From: an uncultured delta proteobacterium
Lineage (GTDB): Bacteria > Desulfobacterota > Binatia > UBA9968
Length of the DNA stretch: 64,000 bases
Assembly (NCBI GenBank): GCA_963745835.1
Contig: CAVUZH010000023.1
Span: 1 to 64,000 of the forward strand
Direction: 5' to 3'
Program-made: the position numbers and the translations under genes
Part shown: positions 10,242 to 21,052 of the stretch, piece by piece
How the letters are laid out: every line of letters starts with the position of its first letter
How positions within the stretch are numbered: position 1 is the first letter of the stretch
The notes under the pieces: model-generated
Databases searched by the model: none
What the model saw: the letters and a program-made list of their open reading frames with translations, nothing else
What the model was told of the DNA's origin: nothing

Positions 10242-10576
10242 GATCGGCCTCCTTGTGACTGACCAGTAAACCCGTTGCGTTGATGGTTCTGTGGGAAGTT
10301 CTGAATATAGACGAAAGGCTCTCAGAAACACAACCGTAAAAAGTGTTTGTCCAAAGCCGGTGTGCTCCTGATAGTCGCATCTTTCACTCGGATTAGTCGT
10401 TTAATTGAGCTCCGCTGGTCTGCTACAAGACCGAAGTTTCATCCATTTAGAATTGATTTAACCCTGAGACTCTCCTCTCACTCTCTCTGCGGTTAAACTG
10501 ATTTATCTCAGATCCTAAAGTTAGATATCGCCCCCGATGCTTCACTTGGAGACGATTCCAGTCGGCCGCTCGTGGT

Positions 10577-11314
10577 ATGGATACGTTCATGTCCGTCGAG
10601 AATCTGATCCTGCTTGCGGGCGGCGCTTTTGTGGGCTCCGTGTTGGCGGCGGTGGCGGGTTTCGGCGGCGCGGCCGTCTTGTTGCCGCTGCTCGCGGCCC
10701 TCTTCGGCGTACGTGAGGCGATCCCCATTCTCACCGTGGCACAGTTGTTGGGGAACCTGAGTCGCGCCTGGTTCAACCGAAGTGAGCTGGACCTGCCCGT
10801 TGTCGGTTGGTTCGCTCTGACCGGCGTGCCCGCCGCGCTGGTCGGCGGTTTTCTCTTCGCTTCGGCTCCGATTCCGTTTCTGACGCGTCTCCTGGGGATT
10901 TTTCTGATCGGTGTGGTGGTCTACCGCCGCGCCGGCATAGGCAGCGCGATGCGACTCCCGCTGGGCGCCTTTGCCATCGTGGGCGGTGTGTTCAGTTTTT
11001 TCTCCGCCCTATTGGGAAGCGTCGGACCGATCATGATTCCTTTCTTCTTGGCCTACGGGCTTGTCAAAGGCGCTCTCATCGGCACCGAAGCGCTCGCGAC
11101 TGTCGTCATGCACGTCACCAAACTGGTCGCCTACGGCAGCACCGCGATTCTCACGAGCCATAGCATCACTGTCGGGCTGGGGCTCGGATTGATCATGATT
11201 TTCGGTTCTCTGATCGGAAAAAGGATTTTGGATCGACTGCCCGAAAAAATATTCATCCTGCTCATCGAGGGGACGCTTTTAATCGCTGGAATGAGATTTT
11301 TGATCTATGGATAG
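10577..11314 (+). CDS. Sulfite exporter TauE/SafE family membrane protein
   Basis: AVAGFGGA motif, multiple TM segments with two-repeat organisation. Confidence 0.87.
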   Translation: MDTFMSVENLILLAGGAFVGSVLAAVAGFGGAAVLLPLLAALFGVREAIPILTVAQLLGNLSRAWFNRSELDLPVVGWFALTGVPAALVGGFLFASAPIPFLTRLLGIFLIGVVVYRRAGIGSAMRLPLGAFAIVGGVFSFFSALLGSVGPIMIPFFLAYGLVKGALIGTEALATVVMHVTKLVAYGSTAILTSHSITVGLGLGLIMIFGSLIGKRILDRLPEKIFILLIEGTLLIAGMRFLIYG

Positions 11315-11385
11315 CCACTTTCGGGGTAAACCTGCATTCATCGGCAAAGCTTCGCAGTGCCCCACGGCATGGCCATTGGAAGCCT

Positions 11386-11540
11386 GTTCCAATGGTTCGA
11401 GACGTTCCAGTAGTTCCAGTCGAGGAGAAAAAAGGGATAAGTTTAATTTCAAAGCCAAAACGTTGAAGCCGTTCAATTAGAAGCAACTCGTTCCAATCGT
11501 TCAAGCCGTTCAACCGCTGCGCTCCGTTCAAAACGTTGAA
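11386..11540. repeat. Nonamer tandem-repeat element (GTTC[C/A]Annn)
   Basis: gttccaatg-gttcgagac-gttccagta-gttccagtc ... gttccaatc-gttcaagcc-gttcaaccg. Confidence 0.8.
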
Positions 11541-11697
11541 AACACGGAGATGATTCCAGCATTTCCATCCTTTGGCGGTCATCTCCCTCCTGCCTCCTCA
11601 ACCGATGGCGCGGCGGCCGATAGCCGTTCACGTACGGTGTAGGTTACCACGGGCTCGGCGATCCATTTTTACGAATGCGGCGAGCATCGGCAGACAC

Positions 11698-12615
11698 TCA
11701 GGCCGCTTTTGCGGAAGCGGTGAATGTCGCCGCATTCTTCCTGACGAAATCCTGCACGCTCATCGGCTCTTGCCCCGTTAGCGTGCGCACGTCGTCCGAC
11801 ATCCGGTCGTAGCGGCCTGCGCGGTGCAGATCGGCCATCGTCGCGAGGTGGTTCACCAGGTGAACCGGCAATCCACGCTCGAGCAGCCCATCCCGCCACG
11901 ACTCGACTGGAATGTCCTCAAAGGTGATCGTGCGGCCAAGCGCCTTAGAATACTCCTGTGCATAGAAATGCATGTTCTCGGACTGCGGACCGGTCAGGTG
12001 ATAGATCTTGCCGATGTGCGCCTGCGGATTGGCGAGCAGCGCGGCGAGCACACGCGCAACGTCTGCCACTGCGACCGGCGAAGTCTTGCCCTCGCCGAAC
12101 GGTAGTCTGATCTGATTCGATTGCCGGACCGAATCCGCAGTGAAAATCAGGAAGAAGCCTTCGAGAAGCACCGTCGGCCGCACGTGCACGACCGGCAGAC
12201 CGGACCAGTTCAGCGCCTGCTCGGAGAGCCAGTGCAGCTTGTGCTGCGGGCTCACGGTGGTTTCGGTAATGCTCATCTGTGCGAGCGTCATCTGCGACAT
12301 ATTGATGAACGCCTTGATGCCGTGATGTTTCGCCACCGCCGCCGCATTGACCGTCGCGGCTAGATAACTGTCCGAAACCGACATGCCGAAGTACATCGTC
12401 TGGCAGCCGGCAATCACCCGATGCATCGAATCGAGATCGAGCAGATCGCCGACCACGACCTCCGCACCCATGTCGCGCAACGCCTGCGCGCGTTCGTCTT
12501 CATTTCGCACCATCGCACGCACCGCTTTGCCTTGCTTCAACAGCAGTTCGGTGACCGTGCGCCCTACCGCGCCGACGCGGCCGGCCGCGCCGGTGACCAG
12601 AATGGGATGTGCCAT
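11698..12615 (-). CDS. NmrA-family NAD(P)H-binding protein
   Basis: ILVTGAAGRVG Rossmann motif, VHVRPT, IYHLTGP; RBS before MAHP. Confidence 0.88.
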   Translation of the reverse strand: MAHPILVTGAAGRVGAVGRTVTELLLKQGKAVRAMVRNEDERAQALRDMGAEVVVGDLLDLDSMHRVIAGCQTMYFGMSVSDSYLAATVNAAAVAKHHGIKAFINMSQMTLAQMSITETTVSPQHKLHWLSEQALNWSGLPVVHVRPTVLLEGFFLIFTADSVRQSNQIRLPFGEGKTSPVAVADVARVLAALLANPQAHIGKIYHLTGPQSENMHFYAQEYSKALGRTITFEDIPVESWRDGLLERGLPVHLVNHLATMADLHRAGRYDRMSDDVRTLTGQEPMSVQDFVRKNAATFTASAKAA

Positions 12616-12986
12616 GTTATTTTCTCCTATGCGTTCGCCTAAATCGAAAGTCAGATTTGTTGAATGCGAGCGTCCAGTAGCAGAATCACTTTCGTCTTGA
12701 GGCATGACGTTCGATACTCTTCGCGAAGCCAGACGTCTCCTCCGGTTGAGGGAGCATGCAAGCAACCACGCAGTCGACGACGTTGTCGCCATACGCAACG
12801 AAGCACTGAAGAAACGCCACGGCAACGACTAGGCTTTCCTCACTGGGCGCTCACTTGACCATCACGACGAGCGGCTTGCCTGCTAGACTGACAGCGATCA
12901 TCTGGTGATCATGTTATTACGCCCGAGGCCATGCGCTTTTGAATTTCAATTTAGCTGTCGCATCTACCGGGAGCCGAACGCCCAGG

Positions 12987-13286
12987 TTATCCATAAATGA
13001 TTACTCCTATGATCACAGCAAGATCTAGCACGATCCAACCCACGCACGGCAAGTAGATGTTTTTGTCGCTTTTCTGTATTCCGAACCATAACCAAAGGAA
13101 GGCGGAAACCAGATAGGCGCTCCACGTGAAGATAGAAACTCCAGCCGCCTGCTGGCCGATCCATATGGTCAAGACTTGCGGGATGGTCATGAGCATGGTG
13201 AAGACAGACATGGCTCCCAATAGACGACGCAGTCCTGCGTCCGAGCCAGAAGGGTGAACCGCAGCGGGCGCCGCATTTGGATTCAT
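12987..13286 (-). CDS. Small 3-TM membrane protein (PQ-loop/SemiSWEET-like)
   Basis: TIPQV motif, AGVSIFTW, three hydrophobic helices; GGAGG RBS. Confidence 0.65.
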   Translation of the reverse strand: MNPNAAPAAVHPSGSDAGLRRLLGAMSVFTMLMTIPQVLTIWIGQQAAGVSIFTWSAYLVSAFLWLWFGIQKSDKNIYLPCVGWIVLDLAVIIGVIIYG

Positions 13287-13464
13287 AGCCACCTCCAAGG
13301 TAAATCTTTCGTTTCGTAGGAGCGCTTAAACCGTTCGGCAGGACCCCGGATTCTTTACCGCCGAAGATTAAACGAGCGTTCCATGCGTCTCATGGACGTA
13401 GTACCGGGTCCAAGCGGCAGGCGGGATAGCGCGCATGTCGGGATCGGGAAAGACACTCCACGCG

Positions 13465-13872
13465 TCACTTCACTGGCTTTAGCACCGGAGCGCTCTTGTC
13501 CTTAACAAAAAAAACCAAGAATTTGGCTGGCGCAGTCTTGCTCGCGTTTCGGCTGACGACATGCACATCTTTGGGGCTTTCGTAAAAGGTCTGCCCTGGT
13601 GTCAGCGTTACTTCTTTTCCGCCCTTCACCTGCATCACGATGGAGCCTTCCAGTACGTAAACAAACGCGTGGGCATCGTGTCGATGGACAGGGTCTGATC
13701 CGCCGGGCGCATACTCCACTGCGATCATCAAACCTTCCTTCCCGGAAAATTCTGTCAGATCCTTGGTAATGAGCGACGTGACCTTGCCCTCCTGAGCCAT
13801 CAGCGGACCGGCCATGAGAGATAGAAGAACTACCATTATTATTTTCGTCAGCATAAAAGACCTTTCATTCAT
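13465..13872 (-). CDS. Exported cupin-domain protein
   Basis: HRHDAHAFVYVLEG and PGQTFYESPKDVH cupin motifs; signal peptide. Confidence 0.88.
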   Translation of the reverse strand: MNERSFMLTKIIMVVLLSLMAGPLMAQEGKVTSLITKDLTEFSGKEGLMIAVEYAPGGSDPVHRHDAHAFVYVLEGSIVMQVKGGKEVTLTPGQTFYESPKDVHVVSRNASKTAPAKFLVFFVKDKSAPVLKPVK

Positions 13873-14069
13873 GGTGTTGTTCTCCATCTTTATTTAAATG
13901 TTGCCTCTGGCGTTCAATAACTTGTGATCGTGCCATCAGCCGTGGTGAGCAGCGCGGGTAAGCGTGCGGCGAAATCATTGACTAGATCGCCGACATGAAC
14001 AACCGCGTGCATGACGACGACGGTTGTTCCATCATCGAGCGATCTTCATCTCGCTTCTCCATTGACTTG

Positions 14070-15009
14070 TTAACCGGCATAAGCCCCAGCGGTGTCAACG
14101 AGCCACTCCAACGGCCGCGGCTCGAAAATTCAGTTCGCGTTTTGCCTTGGCATTCGATACGCCTCGCATCCGAGTCCCGTAGTAAACCGCATCCGCACCA
14201 CTCGCTTTCAGAGCATCCTCAACCGATATCTGCGCCGGTGGTGGAGCATTCAGCCATTGAGCAAACGCAGGGAGCCATTCGCGCACCGCTAAAGGTTGAT
14301 CATTCGCAATCAGATAAATCCCAGGATTGCCTTGCTCTGCTGCTGCAACGGTGGCAATCGCCGCGTCTTCAATGTGTAACCACGACCAGACGCCTTCGCC
14401 ATTGCCGACGATCGGGAACTGTTGCTGTCGCACCTGTTGGGCAACATCGCCATCGGGGGTGAACCAGGTCCCGGGTCCATAGAAAAAGCCATAACGCAGG
14501 GCAATCCCTTCTATGTTGGGATTTCCTAGTAAGCGATGCTCAAGCTCAGTTACTACGCGGGCATCTGCTGCAACCGCAGGCGAGGCATCAAAGGCTAGAG
14601 GCGTTTCTTCATCTGCCAATCCAGGACCGGGAACCGCCCAGAAGGCGATTGACTGCCTCACGTAACGCCGCACACTCGCCGCTTGCGCGGCTGCCAGCAC
14701 ATTGGCGCCTCCTTCTAAACGGAGGCGAGTGTTGAACGCGGCGGCGGCATTCAGTGACTCGCGGGTGTAGGTTCTGGGTAGGGCGGTGAGTTGTTCAATC
14801 ACAACTTCCGGCTGAGCGCGACTGACAATCGCTTTGACCGCATCGGTATCAAATACATCGGCGATGGCAGGTTCTATGCCTTGTCCCACTAAAGCCTGAG
14901 CTTTTTCTGGAGAACGAGTCAGAGCAACTAGAGCGTGTCCTTTGGCAAGCAATTCCGCGATCAGCGGACGACCGATCGCTCCCGTTCCCCCTGCAACAAA
15001 AATCTTCAT
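14070..15009 (-). CDS. NAD-dependent epimerase/dehydratase (C-terminal indel)
   Basis: FVAGGTGAIG, LRYGFFYGPG; alternative frame restores EPRPLEWL...stop at 14070. Confidence 0.88.
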
Positions 15010-15124
15010 CTGTGAACCTCCTGTTGAAGTATGGAACTATTGAAACCGGCTACTGTAAGGATTCGAACCGGCGTATCCGGGCGCGCCTTCAACGCTTGAT
15101 GAGAGTGCGGTCACTCGAACGGCG

Positions 15125-15814
15125 TCATCGGGGAAGAACATGAAGGACCTCCTCCATGTGGCGGTCGGCTGCTGCAGCTGCCTCCTCCGGACTGCTGCCA
15201 TTCTGACGCGCGCTCAAGTAGGGCGCGTACCAGTCCCACCAGTGGTGCTGGGCGTGCGTCTTCTCGTAGCGGTCGTGGTGCTCCGATGTCTCGCGGAGGA
15301 GCGCTGCAAGGGTCGCGACGTCCACGGCTGTTGCTCGCGTCGACTTCCATTCGCGGCCGGGAAGCCGCGACTTGATCTCCTGGAGCAGCCAGCCGTTCCC
15401 GTCCGGATCCTCGAACGAGGCAAACGAGAAGTAGGAACGACCTTGCGGGTCGCGCCCGCCGACGCGCGGCTTCTCCACGGCGTTGTTGAAGGGGCCGCCA
15501 GCGTAGTGGAAGACCTCGCTCACGTCGACGCCGCGGGCGATCAAGTCGTCGCGGGCGGCGTCGATGTCGTCGACGGCGAGGACCAGGCTGGGCGCCGAGC
15601 CGGGCTTGGCCGACCTGATTCCCTTGCCGAAGATGATCGAGGCTTCCGAGTTGTGCGGCGTCATCTGCACGCCGCGGAAGTCGCCCGCCGCGACGTCGAT
15701 GTCGAGCCGCCAGCCGAGATTCTCGTAAAACGCCTTGGCGCGGTCGACGTCAGAAACGCCGAGCAGGACGACTTCGAGCTTCATGTCGAATGATACTTTT
15801 TCTAGTTCGGTCAT
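15125..15814 (-). CDS. VOC/glyoxalase family protein with His/Trp-rich C-terminal extension
   Basis: VSDVDRAKAFY and FEDPDGNGWLLQE motifs. Confidence 0.87.
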   Translation of the reverse strand: MTELEKVSFDMKLEVVLLGVSDVDRAKAFYENLGWRLDIDVAAGDFRGVQMTPHNSEASIIFGKGIRSAKPGSAPSLVLAVDDIDAARDDLIARGVDVSEVFHYAGGPFNNAVEKPRVGGRDPQGRSYFSFASFEDPDGNGWLLQEIKSRLPGREWKSTRATAVDVATLAALLRETSEHHDRYEKTHAQHHWWDWYAPYLSARQNGSSPEEAAAAADRHMEEVLHVLPR

Positions 15815-15930
15815 TGTGTGTTCTCCTTTCAAGACATAAAACTGCCGCGACAGCCTAGAGAGAAGAGATCGATTCGACGATCTCCTTTGTGGTCACAATG
15901 GCATTGGCGTGAGCCTTTCGGTAGCACGCC

Positions 15931-16377
15931 CTATCGCTGAACGGGTGGCTCCACGAACGTCGCGATGGGCTGGCCTGTCTCGACGATATACGTCGACAGC
16001 ATCTTCCCGGTTTCCGGGCCGATGTCGCGCGCATTATGAGGAGTCCGCGGCGGGATCAGGAATCCATCTCCTGGGCGCAGTACTACGGTGGCACGTCCCT
16101 GTACCCTCATCTCCACCTCACCTGCGATGATGTAGCCGACCTCTTCTCCTGGATGAACGTGCCATCCGGACTCGACTCCCGCCGGAATGAACGTCTCCAC
16201 CTGCACCATCTCGCGTTTTGGAATCGATAACGGCGAGCGTTGGACCTCGCGCCGAGCAAGCTTGCCCGCCAGGTCGTCCCCTGTCCCTTTTTTGGCCTGT
16301 CCAGATGCGGGGGCCATGTAGGCGACTATGCCGGCCATCGCTACAACTGCAACCAGCACGAAAACAATCCGTCTCAT
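15931..16377 (-). CDS. Exported cupin-domain protein
   Basis: WHVHPGEE and IPPRTPHNA motifs; signal peptide. Confidence 0.87.
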   Translation of the reverse strand: MRRIVFVLVAVVAMAGIVAYMAPASGQAKKGTGDDLAGKLARREVQRSPLSIPKREMVQVETFIPAGVESGWHVHPGEEVGYIIAGEVEMRVQGRATVVLRPGDGFLIPPRTPHNARDIGPETGKMLSTYIVETGQPIATFVEPPVQR

Positions 16378-16417
16378 ACGATGCCTCCTTCGATATGCTT
16401 AAGTCAGATACGCATTC

Positions 16418-17182
16418 TCACCGGGTCAGTTCGCCGAGAAGAATAAGGGCTGCGAACCCCGCAGCGGCGAGAACGCCGGAATAGCGGGGCCCATTGTGGA
16501 AGGCCTCCGGGATCATGGTTTCCGCCGTCATGGCGATGAGCGCCCCGGCTCCGTATGCCTTGAGGATTGCCATCGCGTGAGAGCCAAGGTCACTCAGGAA
16601 GTAGAAGGCAAGAGCCGTAATCGCCGCAGTGACAAGCGTAGTACCGCTCCATAGGATCAGCACGTAAGTAGATGAGCGGGACGCGAGACGCATACCGGCT
16701 GTCCCGGAAAGTGCCTCTGGCACGTTCGCGAGCGAGAGCGCGATGACCAGTGCCAGATCGGATAACCCGGTCCTCAGGCTGACGCCAAGGACTAGCGCCT
16801 CTGGCACAGCATCAAGCGCGGTGCCGAGCGCAATGGAGGTGCCGCTGCCGGGCGCCTCGGCTTCCGACGGCTGCGGCTTGCATTCCCCGCAGCGCTTGCG
16901 GTCGTTGGCGTTTGCGAGAGCTGCGTTCGCGATGCTGAATGTAGCGGCACCGGCAACAATTCCGCCTACAGTCGATGCCGCACCAGCCGAAATGAGCGCC
17001 TCGGATGCGACTTTGAACGAGGCAGCTGAGAGCAGCACGCCGGCCCCGAGCGACATGAAAGCGGCGATGGCCCGGTGCCGGAGATGCGTTATCAGCCCCA
17101 GAATTGCCCCGACAAGCGCGCCGGACGCCGGAGCTAACCCCCAGCAGAAGGCCCACAGCGCTCCAATAATACCTTCGGACAT
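16418..17182 (-). CDS. ZIP (ZupT/GufA-like) metal transporter
   Basis: GAGVLLSA, LDAVPE, NVPEALSG and ETMIPEAF motifs. Confidence 0.85.
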   Translation of the reverse strand: MSEGIIGALWAFCWGLAPASGALVGAILGLITHLRHRAIAAFMSLGAGVLLSAASFKVASEALISAGAASTVGGIVAGAATFSIANAALANANDRKRCGECKPQPSEAEAPGSGTSIALGTALDAVPEALVLGVSLRTGLSDLALVIALSLANVPEALSGTAGMRLASRSSTYVLILWSGTTLVTAAITALAFYFLSDLGSHAMAILKAYGAGALIAMTAETMIPEAFHNGPRYSGVLAAAGFAALILLGELTR

Positions 17183-17343
17183 TGCCTGCTCCTCTTGGTC
17201 GTGAGCCACGGAATCCGGCGGACGGCAAAAGGACTGTGCAAAAGGAACTCGCTCGCACAGCAACAACGGAGCAACGTACTACGTACCCGCGCTGTGCATT
17301 GTTGTGCACACCTCTAACGTGCGATTCGCTGGACGATCTGCTG

Positions 17344-17865
17344 TTACGCCTGCTTTGCAACCTTGTCGGTGCGAATGGGCAGTCTCCAGTTAGGCCGGAC
17401 GAAATGGCAGGTGTAGCCGCCGGGATATCGTTGGAGATAATCCTGATGCTCGGGTTCGGCCTCCCAGAAGTCGCCTGCCGGAACGACTTCCGTAACGACC
17501 TTGCCCGGCCACAGGCCGGAAGCATCGACGTCGGCGATGGTGTCTTCGGCAATCCGCTTCTGTTCGTCACTGGTGTAGAAGATCGCAGATCGATAGCTGG
17601 TCCCGACGTCGTTGCCCTGGCGATTGCGCGTGCTCGGGTCGTGAATCTGGAAGAAGAATTCGAGGATCCGCCGATAGCTGATCCGGGCAGGATCAAAAAT
17701 GATCTCGACTGCTTCCGCGTGTCCGGGATGATTGCGATACGTCGCATGGGAGTTGGTCCCGCCGGTGTAGCCGGCCCGTGTCGACAGAACGCCGTCGTAG
17801 CGGCGAATGAGATCCTGCACGCCCCAGAAGCAACCGCCGGCAAGAACAGCACGTTCCTCAGTCAT
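17344..17865 (-). CDS. msrA: Peptide methionine-(S)-sulfoxide reductase
   Basis: [35 protein letters not shown]. Confidence 0.96.
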   Translation of the reverse strand: MTEERAVLAGGCFWGVQDLIRRYDGVLSTRAGYTGGTNSHATYRNHPGHAEAVEIIFDPARISYRRILEFFFQIHDPSTRNRQGNDVGTSYRSAIFYTSDEQKRIAEDTIADVDASGLWPGKVVTEVVPAGDFWEAEPEHQDYLQRYPGGYTCHFVRPNWRLPIRTDKVAKQA

Positions 17866-18311
17866 TGGACATCCTCCACTTGGTTCAAGTAAGCGCCATA
17901 ACCCTCGGTTTCCATATCGTCGCGATGGATAAACCGTAGGGAGGCTGAGTTGATGCAATAGCGCAATCCACCGCGATCGCTCGGACCGTCGGGAAACACG
18001 TGCCCGAGATGGCTGTCAGCGTGCGCCGAGCGCACCTCGGTGCGAATCATGCCGTGCGCGGTGTCTCGCAGCTCGTTGACGTTGGCCGGTTCGATGGGCT
18101 TGGTGAAGCTAGGCCAGCCGCATCCCGATTCAAACTTGTCGGAGGATGCGAACAGCGGCGCACCCGACACGATATCGACGTAGATACCCGGTTCCTTATT
18201 ATGCAGATATTCCCCTGTTCCAGGAGCCTCCGTGCCGTTTTGCTGAGTTATGCGATACTGCTCCGGCGAGAGCCTTGAGATGGCGTCGGGGTCCTTGCTG
18301 AATTTACTCAT
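17862..18311 (-). CDS. msrB: Peptide methionine-(R)-sulfoxide reductase
   Basis: [27 protein letters not shown]. Confidence 0.96.
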   Translation of the reverse strand: MSKFSKDPDAISRLSPEQYRITQQNGTEAPGTGEYLHNKEPGIYVDIVSGAPLFASSDKFESGCGWPSFTKPIEPANVNELRDTAHGMIRTEVRSAHADSHLGHVFPDGPSDRGGLRYCINSASLRFIHRDDMETEGYGAYLNQVEDVQ

Positions 18312-18468
18312 TTCTTTCTCCTCGTGTCGGAGGTGTATGGAAGGAACGTCGCACGAACTCTCGACGATCGGTGCGCTTGATTCCCGGCTGCTGCAGTTGC
18401 GCCGCGTGCAGCGCCAACCCGCTTGCTACCAGCAGCGCCGCTGCCGCGATGGTTCGAATCGTTTTCAT
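18304..18468 (-). pseudogene. 5' remnant of an exported (probably cupin) gene
   Basis: GGGGAG RBS, then [34 protein letters not shown], running into the msrB leader after 54 aa. Confidence 0.5.
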
Positions 18469-18505
18469 GTGAATCTCCCCTCGTCCTTTGAATCAAACAT
18501 GGTGG

Positions 18506-19867
18506 TCAGTGTGCCAGTCGAAGTGATCTGAACGCGGCGCGGAGTTCGCTAGCAAAGAGTTCGGGCTGCTCCCACGCCGCGAAATGGCCGCCTTTGTCGA
18601 GCTTGTTGTAATAGATCAGTTTGGGATACGCGCGCTCTGTCCAGCTCCGCGGCGCTTCATATTGCTCGCCGGGAAAGACACTCACGGCAACCGGAATGGA
18701 GACGCCCTTGGCGTTGAAAAAGCCACCCTTATATTCCCAATAGAGACGAGACGCAGAGACCCCCGTGTTCGTCAGCCAATAAAGCGTGATGTTGTCCAGG
18801 ATCTCATCACGGGTCAGTTCGCCCGTGGCGCTCGAGGTCCGGTTCAGAGCCGCGGCGACCGTCGCCGCCGGCTGACCGTCAGCATCATTGTGGTCGAGAA
18901 GCCAGGCCGCCAGGCCGACGGGGGAATCCGCAATGCCGTACAAGGTTTGCGGGCGCGACCCCATCAACCGAGCGTAGTCGACTTGCTTGAAGGTTCTTTC
19001 CAGCTGCTCATAGGCGCGTCGTTCCTCGGCTGAGAGACCGGATGGCGGTGGGCGCCCCGCAAGAAGAGCCTTGTCCACGTCAGCTGGAACGGTGGCAGGC
19101 ATGTTGGTGTGGATGGCGAGCAATCCTGCAGGTGCCTGCAAGCCCATCTGGTCGACGACAAACGCACCCCAGTCGCCGCCCTGGGCGACGTAGTTGTTGT
19201 AGCCGAGGCGCTTCATCAGTTCTGCCCAGGCTCGGCCCATCCGCTCGGGGCCCCAGCCGGTGCTCGTCGGCTTGCCGGAAAACCCGTAGCCCGGCATCGA
19301 CGGAATCACCACATGGAAAGCGTCCAATGCGCTACCGCCGTGTGCCGTGGGATTGCTCAGCGGATCGATAATCTTCAGCTGCTCGATGATCGAGCCGGGC
19401 CACCCGTGAGTGACGATCAGCGGCAACGCATTTTCATGCTTAGAACGAACGTGAATGAAATGGATGTCGAGCCCATCGATCTGGGTGATGAATTGGGGCA
19501 GGGCGTGAAGCGTCGCTTCGACTCTGCGCCAGTCGTAGTCCGTTCCCCAGTAGCGCAACAGTGCCTGGAGCTTCGCCAATTGCACACCTTGAGATTGATC
19601 GGTGACCGTCTCCTTCTCGGGCCATCGGGTCGCCGCCACACGCCGCCGAAGGTCGACGAGTGCCTCGTCCGGAATGTTAACGCGGAAGGGGCGAATTGCG
19701 GTGTCTTTGGCCGCTTGGATGACGGAGGCTTCGCGATCGGCGGCCGCAACGGTCTGGGCGTAGCTGATGGCCGGGGCAATTATTGGTGCCTGCCATCCGT
19801 GGCTTGCGGCAAACCCGCTGCCGGCCGTGAGCACCACGGCGCCAAACCAATACACTAGCTTTTTCAT
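18506..19867 (-). CDS. Epoxide hydrolase (EHN domain plus alpha/beta hydrolase) with signal peptide
   Basis: IRPFRVNIP, HGWPGS, QGGDWG, GGHFAAWEQP. Confidence 0.93.
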   Translation of the reverse strand: MKKLVYWFGAVVLTAGSGFAASHGWQAPIIAPAISYAQTVAAADREASVIQAAKDTAIRPFRVNIPDEALVDLRRRVAATRWPEKETVTDQSQGVQLAKLQALLRYWGTDYDWRRVEATLHALPQFITQIDGLDIHFIHVRSKHENALPLIVTHGWPGSIIEQLKIIDPLSNPTAHGGSALDAFHVVIPSMPGYGFSGKPTSTGWGPERMGRAWAELMKRLGYNNYVAQGGDWGAFVVDQMGLQAPAGLLAIHTNMPATVPADVDKALLAGRPPPSGLSAEERRAYEQLERTFKQVDYARLMGSRPQTLYGIADSPVGLAAWLLDHNDADGQPAATVAAALNRTSSATGELTRDEILDNITLYWLTNTGVSASRLYWEYKGGFFNAKGVSIPVAVSVFPGEQYEAPRSWTERAYPKLIYYNKLDKGGHFAAWEQPELFASELRAAFRSLRLAH

Positions 19868-20892
19868 GTGTCTTTCGACTTTCTCCCGCGCAATGGGCTG
19901 TGTTATGTCCGGCATCTTTCCGGTTTGTGTTGCTGCCGTAGGTTGTTTCTGAAAACGCTTCGTTTGGACGTTCGTCTAACGCAGCATTTATTGTAAGCGT
20001 CAGCCGGCTGACCCCGTCCGCTGAATCAAAGGGGAGATACAGCAAGATGCTTCAGTGGCTCTAGTCAAGATCAGATTAGGCCTTAGATCTAACTCTGCCG
20101 TGGAAGCGGTTCTGTCTAATTTTGGACACTCGCGAGCATTTCTGAGGTAGCAATGTCCAGAACGATGTACTGAGAGGCACGTAAAACATAGCAGTCGTCA
20201 ATGCAGGAACGGTATTCCCGCTTATTCTACGGCTTTAGGCTTCGACCCACGTAATTTCATGAGCGCTTCAGAATACAAAGCCTTTGCCCTAGGCCTTCAC
20301 TTCACAAAATTACCGAAGGACGCCTCAGTTGTATCTGGGTTAGTAAACTCATTAGAGCCGAGTGCCAGCCTCCGTGATGACCGGGCGAGAGGCACGATGG
20401 AAATGCGATCCAACCCCTCCGATCATCGAATGGAATCTATTTCTTGGAGGCGCTGTATAGATCCCAAACCGTGCGTTGTTGGTCATCAGAGAGAAGCTGG
20501 TCAACAGAGCCATCAACCTTGGCCACTGTTAACACACCGCCAGTCAATGCGTCCGAACTGCTATTTTCGTAGGTGTTACGCTCTGAGCAATCCGATGTTC
20601 AGTTTCCGTGTTGCAGTCACGGCGGCTGCTCGATAATGTCTCCAAGCATTTTTGGGTTCGATTTCGAACTGAGAGGAGATTCACATGGCGATTGATTTCG
20701 TTGTCGGCGAGTGAAGCGGCGGGAGCACGCACGCAACCAGTCGCAGTGTCAGGCATGAGTTATTGACTTAGTTCATCGATCATCGGTGGTGTCACATCTC
20801 AACGTAGGAGCGGGGTCCTGCGGTTTCAGTTTGAACGAAGTATTCGGGATTACCCGCCGCCGCCCGGCAGAAGGGCTAACTCGAAAAAAGTT

Positions 20893-20956
20893 GTTCCAAC
20901 CGTTCCAGTGGTTCCGGACGTTTCAAGGTTCAAGCGCTAAAGTACGGGTTGAAACG
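20893..20956. repeat. Nonamer tandem-repeat element
   Basis: gttccaacc-gttccagtg-gttccggac-gtttcaag-gttcaag, then an inverted ttgaaac. Confidence 0.7.
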
Positions 20957-21052
20957 ACCGGCTCTTTTTGCAGTGACAACGCTGCTCGGTTATCTGCGCA
21001 AATCTTTTACGAGAAGCGAAAAGGGGACATGCTGAATCTTGTCCTGTGGCGC

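Noticed and set aside
10454-10497. TTAACC...CTCTGCGGTTAA partial palindrome, possibly another repeat-element remnant
   Set aside because: Too degenerate, and only one copy in the window
11386-11540. Nonamer arrays as CRISPR or guide-RNA arrays
   Set aside because: Units are 7-9 nt with no unique spacers, and no cas-like or nuclease gene is nearby
19974-20082. GTCTAAC...GATTAGGC as an integron attC site
   Set aside because: Imperfect core, no convincing internal complementarity, no cassette array or integrase
20259-20636. 125-aa ORF in the long spacer
   Set aside because: No RBS, motif or gene-like composition
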